DNA of 64,000 bases, from NCBI GenBank assembly GCA_965140445.1, contig OZ223236.1:5142295-5206294 (forward strand), written 5' to 3'. The notes below the pieces were generated by a model, which ran no database searches, was not told where the DNA came from, and worked only from the letters and a program-made list of their open reading frames with translations. Shown in pieces: positions 10,260 through 20,323 of this stretch; the first letter of the stretch is position 1, and the number at the start of each line of letters is the position of its first letter. The translations under genes were made by a program, and so were the position numbers. The stretch is from Candidatus Ozemobacteraceae bacterium. Its GTDB lineage: Bacteria; Muiribacteriota; Ozemobacteria; Ozemobacterales; Ozemobacteraceae.

Positions 10260-12074
10260 TTGCGAGAATCAAAAACAATAACCTTAATTATTTTACCAAC
10301 GTTGTTCTTTGCTATAGAAAAGCTTTTTATAGTTCATGAAACCGGTCTTACTCCCCTAAGCATCCTTACCATTCTGGCAGTTACAGGCGGAATTTTCAGG
10401 GAGCTTTTTATTCCTTTTGCTGCTAGCTCAATTGCCAATTTAACAAATTTAACCAAATATTTTTTGGGGAAGTTTGCCATAACCTTGGTTTTTATAGCTT
10501 CAATTCTATTTTCGCTCATCAATTTAGTTTCATTTGTGGTTAGCTCTACTCCATTTCGTATTGAATACCTTAACCACTTGGATCACAGAGCTTTTCAGCA
10601 ATTCTATAGTTTGGGAAATAGCGCTTTGTTAATCTTAACTTTACTGTTATTAGTCTATTTCTCTAGATTGATTTATTTCCGCATTGGGGAAACCTCGAAA
10701 TCAGCTGAGATAGCAATTGCACTAATCGGAGCTGTATTTTTTTTCTTGTTTCCCAGCCCGCAAAGCTATAGATACACAGCAACCTGGGAAGACGCATTAG
10801 CTGATGTAAAAACAGACATTGCGCTAGACTACACCTATAAAGATCCAATCTCCTTTTTTGTAAATAGCTTTCGTTTAAAGTTATCAAAGAAATCCTTTGG
10901 CAAATTTAGTCCACAAGAACAAGCTTTTCTTAAAAATTGTGGATTTTCTCTCCCTCCTGGAACACAGAAACCATTTTTTAAAAAGCCTCAATATAAAAAA
11001 ATAGTCTTTATAGTTTTTGAAGCTCTGGATATAAACTACCTGCACTTTTTCAATCCAGAAATCCCAAAAGAAGCTTCATCATTTTTCGATGAGCTTTTGC
11101 AGCAATACCCAAATATGACAAATTTTTACACATCAAATTATCCAACTTCATGTGGTCGCTATGCTCTTGTATTTTCAAGAATCCCGTATTTAATTCACTT
11201 TTCACTCATTCATAAACACAAAAGCATATTTACTCTATTTAAAGAGGCTTTTCCCAAAGGGATCACCCAATATCTTAGAAATTCAACCAAGTATTACGGA
11301 GGGGATCAAAAACTCGTAATTGAAGCATTCAAAATGGACGAGTTTATTTGCGCTGACACTTTAAGAGATAAATACAATGTGAACTATACATACGAATGGG
11401 GGGTGCATAATGATGTAATTTTTAAAGAACTAGCAAGTATTTTAGAAAAAAATGCTTCTACCCCGTGCATGATTTTTTCTAAAACCATTGATGGGCATTT
11501 TCCATATCATTTTGGCGAAAATCATAAAAAAGAGATCCCTGAAACCGTAAAAAATCACCCATCCAGAATAGTAAAAACAGTTTTTTGGAACAACAGCCTA
11601 TTAGAGAACTTTTTTTCTGAAATCAAAAAAAAGGGATTATTTAGAGATGACACACTTTTTATAATAACCACTGATCATACTCCTAACCCAAATTTCGGGC
11701 ACAAGGAGCTTGTAAAAAACAAGAAGTTTCAACAATTGGATAAGATTCCGCTTATATTTGTTTCTTCAAATCTTGAGCCATTAAAAACTCTCAGACCCAA
11801 TTTACTTTGTAGCCAGGTGGATCTTCCAACAACTGTTTGCTCCATTCTTGGAATTACCCCTCCTAAATACTATCTAGGAAGGAACCTTTTGGCGACTTCA
11901 ACTCTACCGTTAAGCATGAGCCACTTCGCCGACTATTTCTTTATAAAAACGGCAACAAGAAGCTATGCAATTCCAGAGAATGAAAATGTACGGGACTTAA
12001 CATGGGAAGAAAAAACGATTTTAAAGTATTTCGACCAACAAAAAACCGTAGAGTTTAATGAAGTAACAAACTAG
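10260..12074 (+). CDS. LTA synthase / sulfatase-like alkaline-phosphatase-superfamily membrane protein
   Basis: About five N-terminal TMs; IVFEAL, PTS (Thr nucleophile), DGHFPY, IITTDH, SQVDLPTT...YLGRNLL. Confidence 0.8.
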   Translation: MRESKTITLIILPTLFFAIEKLFIVHETGLTPLSILTILAVTGGIFRELFIPFAASSIANLTNLTKYFLGKFAITLVFIASILFSLINLVSFVVSSTPFRIEYLNHLDHRAFQQFYSLGNSALLILTLLLLVYFSRLIYFRIGETSKSAEIAIALIGAVFFFLFPSPQSYRYTATWEDALADVKTDIALDYTYKDPISFFVNSFRLKLSKKSFGKFSPQEQAFLKNCGFSLPPGTQKPFFKKPQYKKIVFIVFEALDINYLHFFNPEIPKEASSFFDELLQQYPNMTNFYTSNYPTSCGRYALVFSRIPYLIHFSLIHKHKSIFTLFKEAFPKGITQYLRNSTKYYGGDQKLVIEAFKMDEFICADTLRDKYNVNYTYEWGVHNDVIFKELASILEKNASTPCMIFSKTIDGHFPYHFGENHKKEIPETVKNHPSRIVKTVFWNNSLLENFFSEIKKKGLFRDDTLFIITTDHTPNPNFGHKELVKNKKFQQLDKIPLIFVSSNLEPLKTLRPNLLCSQVDLPTTVCSILGITPPKYYLGRNLLATSTLPLSMSHFADYFFIKTATRSYAIPENENVRDLTWEEKTILKYFDQQKTVEFNEVTN

Positions 12075-12097
12075 GGCCCCGTAGGCTCTAATATAAA

Positions 12098-12604
12098 CTA
12101 CCAGCTTTCTTCATGAACTCTTTCGGGCATAAGTCTGGATTCAACAATAGCTTCTTCAGCAGCATATCCAATGGGAATCATTGAAAAAGGAAATATACCT
12201 TCAGGAATTTTCAAAATTTCCTGTATAGTCTTAATTCTTTCCCCTTCTGGGAATACTCCGGTCCAGACGGCTCCAAGCCCCATAGAATGTGCAGCCAGCA
12301 AAAGATTTTGTGTGGCAGCTGAACAGTCCTGCATCCAGTATCCGGAAAACTTTTCTAAAGAAGGATCCCCACAGACAACAACGGCAACTGGAGCGTCTAT
12401 AACCATTTTCGCATAAGGATGTGCCGCCGCTAGTTTTTTTCTGGTTTCAAAATCCTTGACCACAATAAAATGCCAGGGTTGCTGATTCCCTGCAGATGGA
12501 GCAGACATGGCTGCCTTTAAAAGAGCGACCAACTGATCTTCATCCACCTCCTGACTGGTGAATTTTCTTACACTTCGTCTAGTTAATATAAAATTTATTC
12601 CCAT
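12098..12604 (-). CDS. Nitroreductase family protein
   Basis: RRSVRKFT, APSAGNQQPWHF, QDCSAATQNLLLAAHSMGLGAVW; start moved to ATG 12604 (SD GGAGG). Confidence 0.92.
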   Translation of the reverse strand: MGINFILTRRSVRKFTSQEVDEDQLVALLKAAMSAPSAGNQQPWHFIVVKDFETRKKLAAAHPYAKMVIDAPVAVVVCGDPSLEKFSGYWMQDCSAATQNLLLAAHSMGLGAVWTGVFPEGERIKTIQEILKIPEGIFPFSMIPIGYAAEEAIVESRLMPERVHEESW

Positions 12605-12650
12605 TTCCCCTCCAGCATTAACAATGCATAATAAAGATGTTATATCATTA

Positions 12651-13223
12651 CTATAACGCCTCATCCGCACAGGTAAGGGTGTAACCTGTAACCATTAAAT
12701 CAAAATCGAGTTTAGCTAATCTAGTGTGCTCCGGATCCCATGGCGATAAATACTCAATGGTAACAAATTCTGGATCCTCATTAATTTCGATTCTAACAAT
12801 CTCAAACTCATTGAGAAAAGCTCCTTCAGTATCCCTCAGCTTTTCCATGTTTCTAATCGTTGGCCATTCTTCTGTATCTTTGTAAGAGTCTTTTATCTCT
12901 TCAAATTCACGAATAGCTGCTTTTTCGATAGAGATTTTCATTTCATTCGGATAATTTTTCAATTTTCTAATTGTTTCCCTTACTGGAAGGGAAATTTCTC
13001 CATCAACCAAAGGAAAATTTAATGGGACTTCCAAATTTTTCTCTAGTCTGATTTTTGTTTCAGCGACTGTACCCCAATAGGAGAAATCTCCTACTATCAC
13101 ATCCTGCCCTCTTTTTTGGGTTATCTTTTTTATCAAATCCATTGCCAGACCAAGTCCAACAAGGCAGATAAACAAAAAAACCATCAGTAGAAAGAGTGCG
13201 GCCAATATCTTCAGTACAATCAT
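12651..13223 (-). CDS. Hypothetical membrane-anchored protein
   Basis: 190 aa; N-terminal TM; WDPEH motif near the C-terminus; SD GAGG. Confidence 0.6.
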   Translation of the reverse strand: MIVLKILAALFLLMVFLFICLVGLGLAMDLIKKITQKRGQDVIVGDFSYWGTVAETKIRLEKNLEVPLNFPLVDGEISLPVRETIRKLKNYPNEMKISIEKAAIREFEEIKDSYKDTEEWPTIRNMEKLRDTEGAFLNEFEIVRIEINEDPEFVTIEYLSPWDPEHTRLAKLDFDLMVTGYTLTCADEAL

Positions 13224-13286
13224 TTTCCCACAAACCTCCGGGAATTTTCTTGCTTAAAAAACAAAAAATCAGACTAAATATATTTT

Positions 13287-13787
13287 TTAATAGGGCCAGA
13301 AATTATTATCAGTCCAGATTTTTTCGGTAATTACACGATCAAGGTCAGCTAGCATATGCAGATGACTTTTCTCCCATTTTGCAAGCCAGCTATAAAGTTT
13401 CTTTTCTTCCTCATCAGATGCATTTTCGGCTCGATCAGTATAAACTTGAATTGCCCGCTCTTCCATAGAAATAGCTGCAGAAATGGCTGCAGATTCGTAA
13501 TCCGCACCGGAAATTTTCTGGCAAATTTCATCTGTAAGCACCTTTTCAGCGGCGTCAGTAGGTGAAGAAGACAACTCTTGCGGCTGGAACTTTCCATGCG
13601 CTTTTAAATTTTTGTATTGCTCATGAAGCAATCGAATATGATTCTGTTCTTCTTCGGCCATTAGCTCAAAAAAATCTTTTACCGAAGAATGGGCGGTCTG
13701 CTCTGCAACTTTGCTATAAAAAGTTTTTCCACGCTTTTCAAGTAAAATAGCCTGTTTTAAAATTTCCAACGATTTTGATTCTGGCAT
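13287..13787 (-). CDS. Ferritin-like / rubrerythrin family di-iron protein
   Basis: Two repeats of AI..E...FY...A......EExxH (EEQNH, EKSH); SD AGGAGG. Confidence 0.88.
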   Translation of the reverse strand: MPESKSLEILKQAILLEKRGKTFYSKVAEQTAHSSVKDFFELMAEEEQNHIRLLHEQYKNLKAHGKFQPQELSSSPTDAAEKVLTDEICQKISGADYESAAISAAISMEERAIQVYTDRAENASDEEEKKLYSWLAKWEKSHLHMLADLDRVITEKIWTDNNFWPY

Positions 13788-13896
13788 TTATTTCCTCCTG
13801 AGATTTCTTATCCTTTAGAACGTAATCTATTATCAATACTTTTCAAATTGATTTTTTTTATCAACACTCAAGTATTTTAGTATAATTTCTAATGTA

Positions 13897-14223
13897 ATGT
13901 TTAAAATACCTGAATGTCTAATACAGATTCTTCGAGATGGGAAGAGGCTGAAAAAAGATTGTCACTTTTTCAGCCTGATAAACACATTTTATAAATTGCA
14001 CCAAAAGTTTCATACTTCAACCCCTTCTGAAAAATCAATTCTAAGGAAAACACTGGATTCGCTTGCGAAAACAATTGAAGAAAAAAGCAAATCGCACTCT
14101 TGTTTCCCCGAGATGTGTTTTGATTGTCCCGGGATGAAAAAGTGCCTTGATTGCCAAAAAAGGGAAAATTGCATAGCAATCCTTAGAGCTTTTGAGGAAA
14201 ATAGTCAAAATAATGGAAAATGA
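13897..14223 (+). CDS. Unknown Cys-rich small protein (paralogue 1)
   Basis: 108 aa; C-x4-C-x2-C-x5-C-x2-C-x5-C; clear paralogy to the next ORF supports coding status. Confidence 0.75.
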   Translation: MFKIPECLIQILRDGKRLKKDCHFFSLINTFYKLHQKFHTSTPSEKSILRKTLDSLAKTIEEKSKSHSCFPEMCFDCPGMKKCLDCQKRENCIAILRAFEENSQNNGK

Positions 14224-14539
14224 TTCTTACAAATGTGAATGCCTGAATGACAGAAATTGGGAAAAAATCCAATTTGAAAAAGACTGCTATTTCTATCAGC
14301 TTCTGCAAACTTTTTATAAACTGCAAAGGCTATATCACTGTGCGTCACCAGCGGAAAAAGAAGCACTTAAATCTTACCTGAACTCGGCACAGGCAAAAAT
14401 TGTAGAAGCCAGTCAAAAATTGGAGTGCTTTCCAAAGAATTGTTCTCTTTGTGCCGGAATGGCAAGGTGCCAAAAATGTCCTTCGCAAGAATCATGCATC
14501 AAAATGAAATTTGAGATTCCGGATGATTTTCCAAGCTAA
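14213..14539 (+). CDS. Unknown Cys-rich small protein (paralogue 2)
   Basis: Same Cys spacing plus KDCxF and TFYKL motifs; ATG 14213 overlaps the end of paralogue 1. Confidence 0.75.
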   Translation: MENDSYKCECLNDRNWEKIQFEKDCYFYQLLQTFYKLQRLYHCASPAEKEALKSYLNSAQAKIVEASQKLECFPKNCSLCAGMARCQKCPSQESCIKMKFEIPDDFPS

Positions 14540-14699
14540 CAGGCTTAAATAAAATTAGCATATTCTTTGTAACAACTTATTGCCAACTCAAATCCAGACA
14601 AACCTGGAATAAAAACATGCAAAATGTGTTTTTTGAGACCGAATCAAGTTTCAAAAATGGTAGACTGGTAGGGATAAAATAAACTTGGAGTATATTAGC

Positions 14700-16223
14700 A
14701 TGCGAAAATATTTGTGTTATAGCCTGTTGGCAATAAGTTTGAGCCTGGGTTTCAGTTCATTAAAAGCAGCAGCTTCCAATGAAGGCGATAGATACATCGT
14801 CAGATTTGAAAACAACGAAAGAGTTACTGGCTCCAGAAAAAGCGTTATAAACTCTTTGCAAAAAAACAATTTAAAGAATGTTGAAAAGCTTTCAAAATCA
14901 GTAACTGGAAGCAAAAACCTGGATATGAAATCACTGTGGGTTGCAAATTCAGTTGCGCTTACAGCTGACCAAAATACTCTAAATCAGATAAAGCAGATTC
15001 CAGAAGTGGCTGAAATCACCAAGTGTGAATATAAAATCTGGCTTGATAAAGACATAAACAAGAAAAAAATTGAAAACAATGAAAATAAAATTCAGTGGAG
15101 TGTGGAAAAAGTAAGAGCTCCAGAAGTTTGGAATAAACTAAACATAGATGGCTCAGGCGTAGTTGTAGGACATTTAGATTCAGGAATTTACGCAGATCAC
15201 CAAGCCTTTGCGGATAAACTGCTAAAATTCAAAGATTTTACTCCGGATGCAAGCATAAAGCCATTAGATGGACAAGGTCACGGAACTCATACAGCAGGAA
15301 CAATTTGTGGTGGAATGGGAGTAGGGGTTGCACCTGGAGCAAGATTAATTGTTGGAAGAATTTTTGATGCAAAAGGTGGGACTACTGAAGAAATAATTCT
15401 ATCAGCCATGCAATGGGTTATGGACCCTGATGGAAACCCAGAAACGAATGATGGCCCCGCTCTGGTAAGCAACTCATGGGGAAATAATGATTCTACAGAT
15501 AAAACTTTTTGGGTTGCGGTTCAAAATTGGGTTGATGCAGGAATTCTTCCCGTTTATGCAGCTGGCAATAATGGAATGTGGGGAGGAAAAGTTGGAACTC
15601 CTGCCGCTTTTCCGCAGTCGTGGGCAGTTGCTGCTACAACCAACACAGATGGTCTAGCATATTTTAGTAGTCAAGGCCCAATTTCATGGGACAATAAACC
15701 ACTTATGAAGCCAGACATAGCTGCTCCCGGCCAGAATATCGTTTCATGTGCAGATGGTGGTGGACTAGTAAGCAACAGTGGCACGTCAATGGCATGCCCC
15801 AACGTAGCTGGAGTAGCTGCCTTGATGTTTCAGGCAGACCCAACTCTTTCAATTGAACAGATCAGACTAATTGCAGAAGAAACGGCGAAAGACCTCGGAA
15901 CACCTGGTAAAGACGGAAAATTCGGTTCTGGTCTGATTGATGCATATAAAATCGTCGAGAAAGTCTTGCAAAACTCTGAACTTGCGAACGCATACCAAGC
16001 CTATGAAAGTGCATTAAATGCAGAAGCTGCATTAATAGGAATTCAAACAAGGTCTCCTTTGGCTGAACCGCTTGCGAAATCAATCATAGAGCGCACTTCA
16101 AAACTTGACGAAGGTCAATTTAGGGCTTTAACGCTAAAAATTTCTGATTCAGAATCCGAAGTTTTGAAAAAACTTTTCAAAGAAGCCTGCGCAATCAGAG
16201 CTGCCAGAAACATTCACAAATAA
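14700..16223 (+). CDS. Secreted S8 (subtilisin-like) serine peptidase with I9-type prodomain
   Basis: Signal peptide; catalytic LDSG, HGTH, GTSMA; oxyanion AAGN; helical C-terminal extension. Confidence 0.93.
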   Translation: MRKYLCYSLLAISLSLGFSSLKAAASNEGDRYIVRFENNERVTGSRKSVINSLQKNNLKNVEKLSKSVTGSKNLDMKSLWVANSVALTADQNTLNQIKQIPEVAEITKCEYKIWLDKDINKKKIENNENKIQWSVEKVRAPEVWNKLNIDGSGVVVGHLDSGIYADHQAFADKLLKFKDFTPDASIKPLDGQGHGTHTAGTICGGMGVGVAPGARLIVGRIFDAKGGTTEEIILSAMQWVMDPDGNPETNDGPALVSNSWGNNDSTDKTFWVAVQNWVDAGILPVYAAGNNGMWGGKVGTPAAFPQSWAVAATTNTDGLAYFSSQGPISWDNKPLMKPDIAAPGQNIVSCADGGGLVSNSGTSMACPNVAGVAALMFQADPTLSIEQIRLIAEETAKDLGTPGKDGKFGSGLIDAYKIVEKVLQNSELANAYQAYESALNAEAALIGIQTRSPLAEPLAKSIIERTSKLDEGQFRALTLKISDSESEVLKKLFKEACAIRAARNIHK

Positions 16224-16236
16224 ACTTTTAAATACC

Positions 16237-16273
16237 AAAAAGGCGGGACTAATAACTAGTTCCGCCTTTTTTT
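16237..16273 (+). terminator. Intrinsic terminator after the S8 peptidase
   Basis: AAAAAGGCGGGACTA-ataac-TAGTTCCGCC followed by a T run. Confidence 0.8.
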
Positions 16274-16326
16274 GTTTTTAAAATTTCTTAGTGCTACAAT
16301 TGTGCTATCAAGTTATGGAGAAAACT

Positions 16327-18543
16327 ATGAAAAGACTTTATATTCTTTATTTTCTGATTTTTGCGCTACTTTCCTCCACTCAATTAATCTATGCACAAGA
16401 GCCAGTCTTAACGATTAATGATTACTATGGTAAAAGCAAAAATCAGTTGCTCGTTATACCAACACTCAATCAAAGCGAAAACGAATTAAATCGCACTAAT
16501 GAACAAAGTCTTAAACTCAAAAAATTTCTGGACCAATTTGGACCAGTAAAAATTTTGAACGATAAAGAGTTCTCTCCATCAATGGCAAAAGATAATACGG
16601 TCATAATATTTGGAACAGAAAAAACGAACTCAGTTTTAAAGAAATACTCAAAATCCATTCCTCTAGTAAGCTCTCCAAACGGGATAAAATTTTACAATAG
16701 AATCTATAAAGGCAAGGACATTTCTGCCATTTTTGTGAACCAAATTGAAAACCAAAACTGCCTGATTTTTTACATGCCCGATTTAAGTTTTTTGCAAAAT
16801 GCATTTGATATTTCGCATGGGGGAACTAGTTTCCTGATATTCTCAAACTTATCCTATAAGAGTCAGACTCCTTCAATTGCGATGGGGAATTTTCAAAGTA
16901 AAGACGGAGCCTGGGAAATAAATCCATATTCTCTGGTTGAAGGCCAACCATCCGATTCTGAATTAATTGTTCTAGGCTGCCAGGAAGAAAATGGCTTTAA
17001 CGTGGGAGACATAATAAAAGAAATTAATGGAAAAACTGTTCTATTATCAACAGTAAATGAGATACTTGAAAATCTTGTTCCAGCAAAAACCTATGACTGT
17101 ATTGTATCTCGTGGAAACCAGGACATTACAATACCCATAAATGCTTCAACAAGTAAAACTTTGTCATTTGGATTTATACCAACTGAGACAACTCCTATAA
17201 AATCCGTTCTTTTCAAAAAAGAAGCAGAAAGAGTTATTTATGTTTTCAAAAAAGCTTATATAGATCCATTCAACTATTTAAAATCAGAAAAATTTAAAAA
17301 AGAGTGTCAAGAGTTGCTGGATACCAACGCAAAAAGTGAGCTATCCATACTGGAAGTCATAAAAAAACTCTCAAAATTTGCTGCTTCATTTAATGATGGA
17401 CATGTTTACTTGAGCTTTAATAAATTCATTCCGTTCCTTTGGGAAAATTACAAAAGAAACAATACCTTACTATTCCCATTTCAGCCGTTTTTAAAGGGAG
17501 GAAAATTTTTTGTTCCTCCTAATCAATTTGAAATTCCTGTTGGAGCTGAAATAATTGGCATAAATAACACTCCGATAGCAAAAATACTTAAAAAGCTTTC
17601 TCTATTTGCACCAGGAGAAACATTTGAGAATAAGCTTACCGATTTCGCAAAAAAAGATTTTTACCATTATTTCTATTTAGCTTATGGTTCAAAGGAAACC
17701 TTCAAATTAACCTTAGACTGTAGTGGCAATAAAAAAATACTGGAAGTTCCAGGAGTAGCTTTTTACGATCTAGAGAACAATTGCCCTCAAAATTCTGAAA
17801 GCATCTGGACAATGATAAATGATAAGCTAATGTATTTTAGCCTTGGTTCATTCAGCTTCAATGATGATCTTGAAAATGGAATAAGTGACCTCTTTTCTGA
17901 GCTTGTTGAGAAAAAGGTTCCTGCATTAATAATTGATATAAGGGAAAATGGAGGTGGAAGCACTTCTTCGCTTAATTTTCTTACTGAAAAATTAACAAGC
18001 CAACCTTATAAAGTCTATAACATGTGTCGAAGCAAGAAATCCAGATACGCTGAAGCTCAAGGAGCTGGTTTCGACCAGGATATGGCATATGGGCAGACAA
18101 GAAGTTACACAATAGATAATTTTAGCCAGGCAGAAGAAACAGAAGGCATCTATAGTGGAAGAGTTTACGTTTTAACTGGTGCTCAAACCTTTTCAACTGC
18201 TTTTGATTTTGCAAGCGTAATGAAAAACCTTAAAAGAGCAAAAATAATTGGATTGCCAGCTGGAGGTAGAATGATTCAAACAGGAGATCATTTTCAGCTC
18301 CAAGTTTTTAACCGATTTACTCTTTCAGTACCTTACAAGGATTTTTTACCAGCCTTACCTGAGCTAAAAAATTACTCAACAAAAAAAGGGAAATCATTAT
18401 TGAAACCAGACGTTTTAGTTGAATACACAAGTTTAGCCGCATCAAACAACATAGACCCATGCATCGAAATTATTGAAAAGTTGGAAGCCAACTTGAAGTC
18501 TTCAGAAAAGTTTGAAGCTTTGCATAGAGAAAACTCAAATTAA
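16327..18543 (+). CDS. Secreted S41-family peptidase with PDZ-like region
   Basis: Signal peptide; GDIIKEING (PDZ-like); FNDGH, IIDIRENGGG, TFSTA (catalytic Ser), IIG..AGG, PDV. Confidence 0.85.
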   Translation: MKRLYILYFLIFALLSSTQLIYAQEPVLTINDYYGKSKNQLLVIPTLNQSENELNRTNEQSLKLKKFLDQFGPVKILNDKEFSPSMAKDNTVIIFGTEKTNSVLKKYSKSIPLVSSPNGIKFYNRIYKGKDISAIFVNQIENQNCLIFYMPDLSFLQNAFDISHGGTSFLIFSNLSYKSQTPSIAMGNFQSKDGAWEINPYSLVEGQPSDSELIVLGCQEENGFNVGDIIKEINGKTVLLSTVNEILENLVPAKTYDCIVSRGNQDITIPINASTSKTLSFGFIPTETTPIKSVLFKKEAERVIYVFKKAYIDPFNYLKSEKFKKECQELLDTNAKSELSILEVIKKLSKFAASFNDGHVYLSFNKFIPFLWENYKRNNTLLFPFQPFLKGGKFFVPPNQFEIPVGAEIIGINNTPIAKILKKLSLFAPGETFENKLTDFAKKDFYHYFYLAYGSKETFKLTLDCSGNKKILEVPGVAFYDLENNCPQNSESIWTMINDKLMYFSLGSFSFNDDLENGISDLFSELVEKKVPALIIDIRENGGGSTSSLNFLTEKLTSQPYKVYNMCRSKKSRYAEAQGAGFDQDMAYGQTRSYTIDNFSQAEETEGIYSGRVYVLTGAQTFSTAFDFASVMKNLKRAKIIGLPAGGRMIQTGDHFQLQVFNRFTLSVPYKDFLPALPELKNYSTKKGKSLLKPDVLVEYTSLAASNNIDPCIEIIEKLEANLKSSEKFEALHRENSN

Positions 18544-18547
18544 TCAA

Positions 18548-19282
18548 ATGAATCAAAGTATCCAAATTCATTTAAATGAGGTTGAAGAAGCTTTTAATCC
18601 ATATTTGAATGAGAAATCGAACAACGGCTACAACTCTCCGACGCCAACTCTTGGGATTTCTTTACCAACCTCCAGAATGCTACTAAAAAAAGGTTATAGT
18701 TTTTTTTCAAAAACTCCGGATGAAATTCTAAAAATATGGGATTTTATCTGGAAAAATGCGAAACATGTTGAAACAATGGGACAAGCCATCCGCTTTTATG
18801 AAAAAAAGTCTCTTTCGGAAAACGAGCTTGCGACAATACTTTCCTGGGTAGATAGATGTGATAATTGGGCACACAGCGATGGACTTTCAGACATATATTC
18901 ATTAGCCCTGGAAGAAAATCCACAGATAATGCTTCCTGTTCTGGAAATCTGGAATAACCACAATAATCCATGGAAAAGAAGACAATCAGTTGTTAGCCTC
19001 TTATATTATTCTAGAGCAAGGAAAAGGTACCTTGAGTATGAAAAGTTGATTTCACTTGTATCTAATCTAATTCAAGACAAGCATTACTATGTTCAAAAAG
19101 GCGTTGGTTGGGCAATAAGAGAAATTTTCAACTTGTATCCAGAACAAACTGAGAAGTTTCTGCTTGAAAACGTTTTAAAGATACAACCTGCCTCATGGCA
19201 GGCATCTACAGAGAAATTATCCAAATCATTTAAATCCCAACTCACCGAATTGCGAAAATCCCGAAAAAGAAAAGCCAGTTAA
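18548..19282 (+). CDS. DNA alkylation repair protein (AlkD-like)
   Basis: DNWAHSDGL, PWKRRQS, YYVQKGVGWAIRE motifs; start moved to ATG 18548. Confidence 0.85.
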   Translation: MNQSIQIHLNEVEEAFNPYLNEKSNNGYNSPTPTLGISLPTSRMLLKKGYSFFSKTPDEILKIWDFIWKNAKHVETMGQAIRFYEKKSLSENELATILSWVDRCDNWAHSDGLSDIYSLALEENPQIMLPVLEIWNNHNNPWKRRQSVVSLLYYSRARKRYLEYEKLISLVSNLIQDKHYYVQKGVGWAIREIFNLYPEQTEKFLLENVLKIQPASWQASTEKLSKSFKSQLTELRKSRKRKAS

Positions 19283-19365
19283 CACAGTCATCCAAATTAA
19301 TGATTTTTAATGGAATAGAGTCTATACTAGACAAAAGTAATGAGAATTCTTCGGAGGCAAAGTAA

Positions 19366-20256
19366 ATGCGACTACCTTTTTTTATAATTCTTTCAGCTAT
19401 TTTAATTTTAATTTCTCCTGCACTGTCATTTGCTCTAACAGGTGAAACAGCTCGTAAAATGCTTGTTGAATCAGGCTGGTCACCCCTTATTGCAGAAGAA
19501 ATTATAGCAAGAGTCGAAAATGCTCAAGGAAGAATGGTTGCGGTTTTTGACCATGACAATACTCTCGTTAGCGGCGATATAACAGAAGGAAATGAAAAAA
19601 ACCAACCTGGTTTCATGAACATACTGCTAAAAAAATTGTATTCTCAGAACAAGCTGAATGTAAAAATCCCTGAAAAGTATGCTGAAGACCCTTGGGGATT
19701 TTACCATAATTGGGCCAAGCACGATCCTCAGGCAGCATATGGCTGGATTTGTACTCTCCTTGCCGGGCAAAAACCAGAAACAGTATTAAAATATTCCAAA
19801 TCCTATTATGAAAAATACATGAAAAACGCAATTTTTCCTGAAATGTTAACTCTTGTAAAAGTGCTTCAGGATATGGGTGTTGAAGTTTATGTAGTTTCAG
19901 CAAGTGCTCATAATATAGTCATCGCCGCAGCCCAATATTTCAACATACCTGTAAACAGAGTTTTTGGAATCAGATTAAAAATAGAAAATGATCGCATAAC
20001 GAATAAAATTATTAACCCAATAAGCTTTGCGGCAGGCAAGACGTGGTATATAAAGAATTTTGTTGGAGAATTTCCAAAAGGCAATATTATGACCTTTGGC
20101 GATAGCTACAGAACTGATGGCCATATGCTAAGATTTGCGGCAAGACAGGGTGGACTTGGACTTTTGGTGAATCCAGCTAAGGCTCAAATCGAAACTCTTG
20201 AAAAAAACAATATAGCTCACTACAGCCTTCCCAGCAAACCTCTTCTAGATTGGTAA
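19366..20256 (+). CDS. Exported HAD-superfamily hydrolase (SerB-like)
   Basis: Signal peptide; VFDHDNTL (motif I), VVSAS (II), GK (III), FGDS..TD (IV). Confidence 0.85.
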   Translation: MRLPFFIILSAILILISPALSFALTGETARKMLVESGWSPLIAEEIIARVENAQGRMVAVFDHDNTLVSGDITEGNEKNQPGFMNILLKKLYSQNKLNVKIPEKYAEDPWGFYHNWAKHDPQAAYGWICTLLAGQKPETVLKYSKSYYEKYMKNAIFPEMLTLVKVLQDMGVEVYVVSASAHNIVIAAAQYFNIPVNRVFGIRLKIENDRITNKIINPISFAAGKTWYIKNFVGEFPKGNIMTFGDSYRTDGHMLRFAARQGGLGLLVNPAKAQIETLEKNNIAHYSLPSKPLLDW

Positions 20257-20323
20257 AAAAATCTTTTCCCAGATAGCCTTTCACTGTCAATTAAGAAAAT
20301 CATAAATTTCGGAATTTAATAAT

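Noticed and set aside
13848..13864. FNR-like box TTGAT...ATCAA between the rubrerythrin-like gene and the Cys-rich pair
   Set aside because: Spacer is 7 nt rather than 4.
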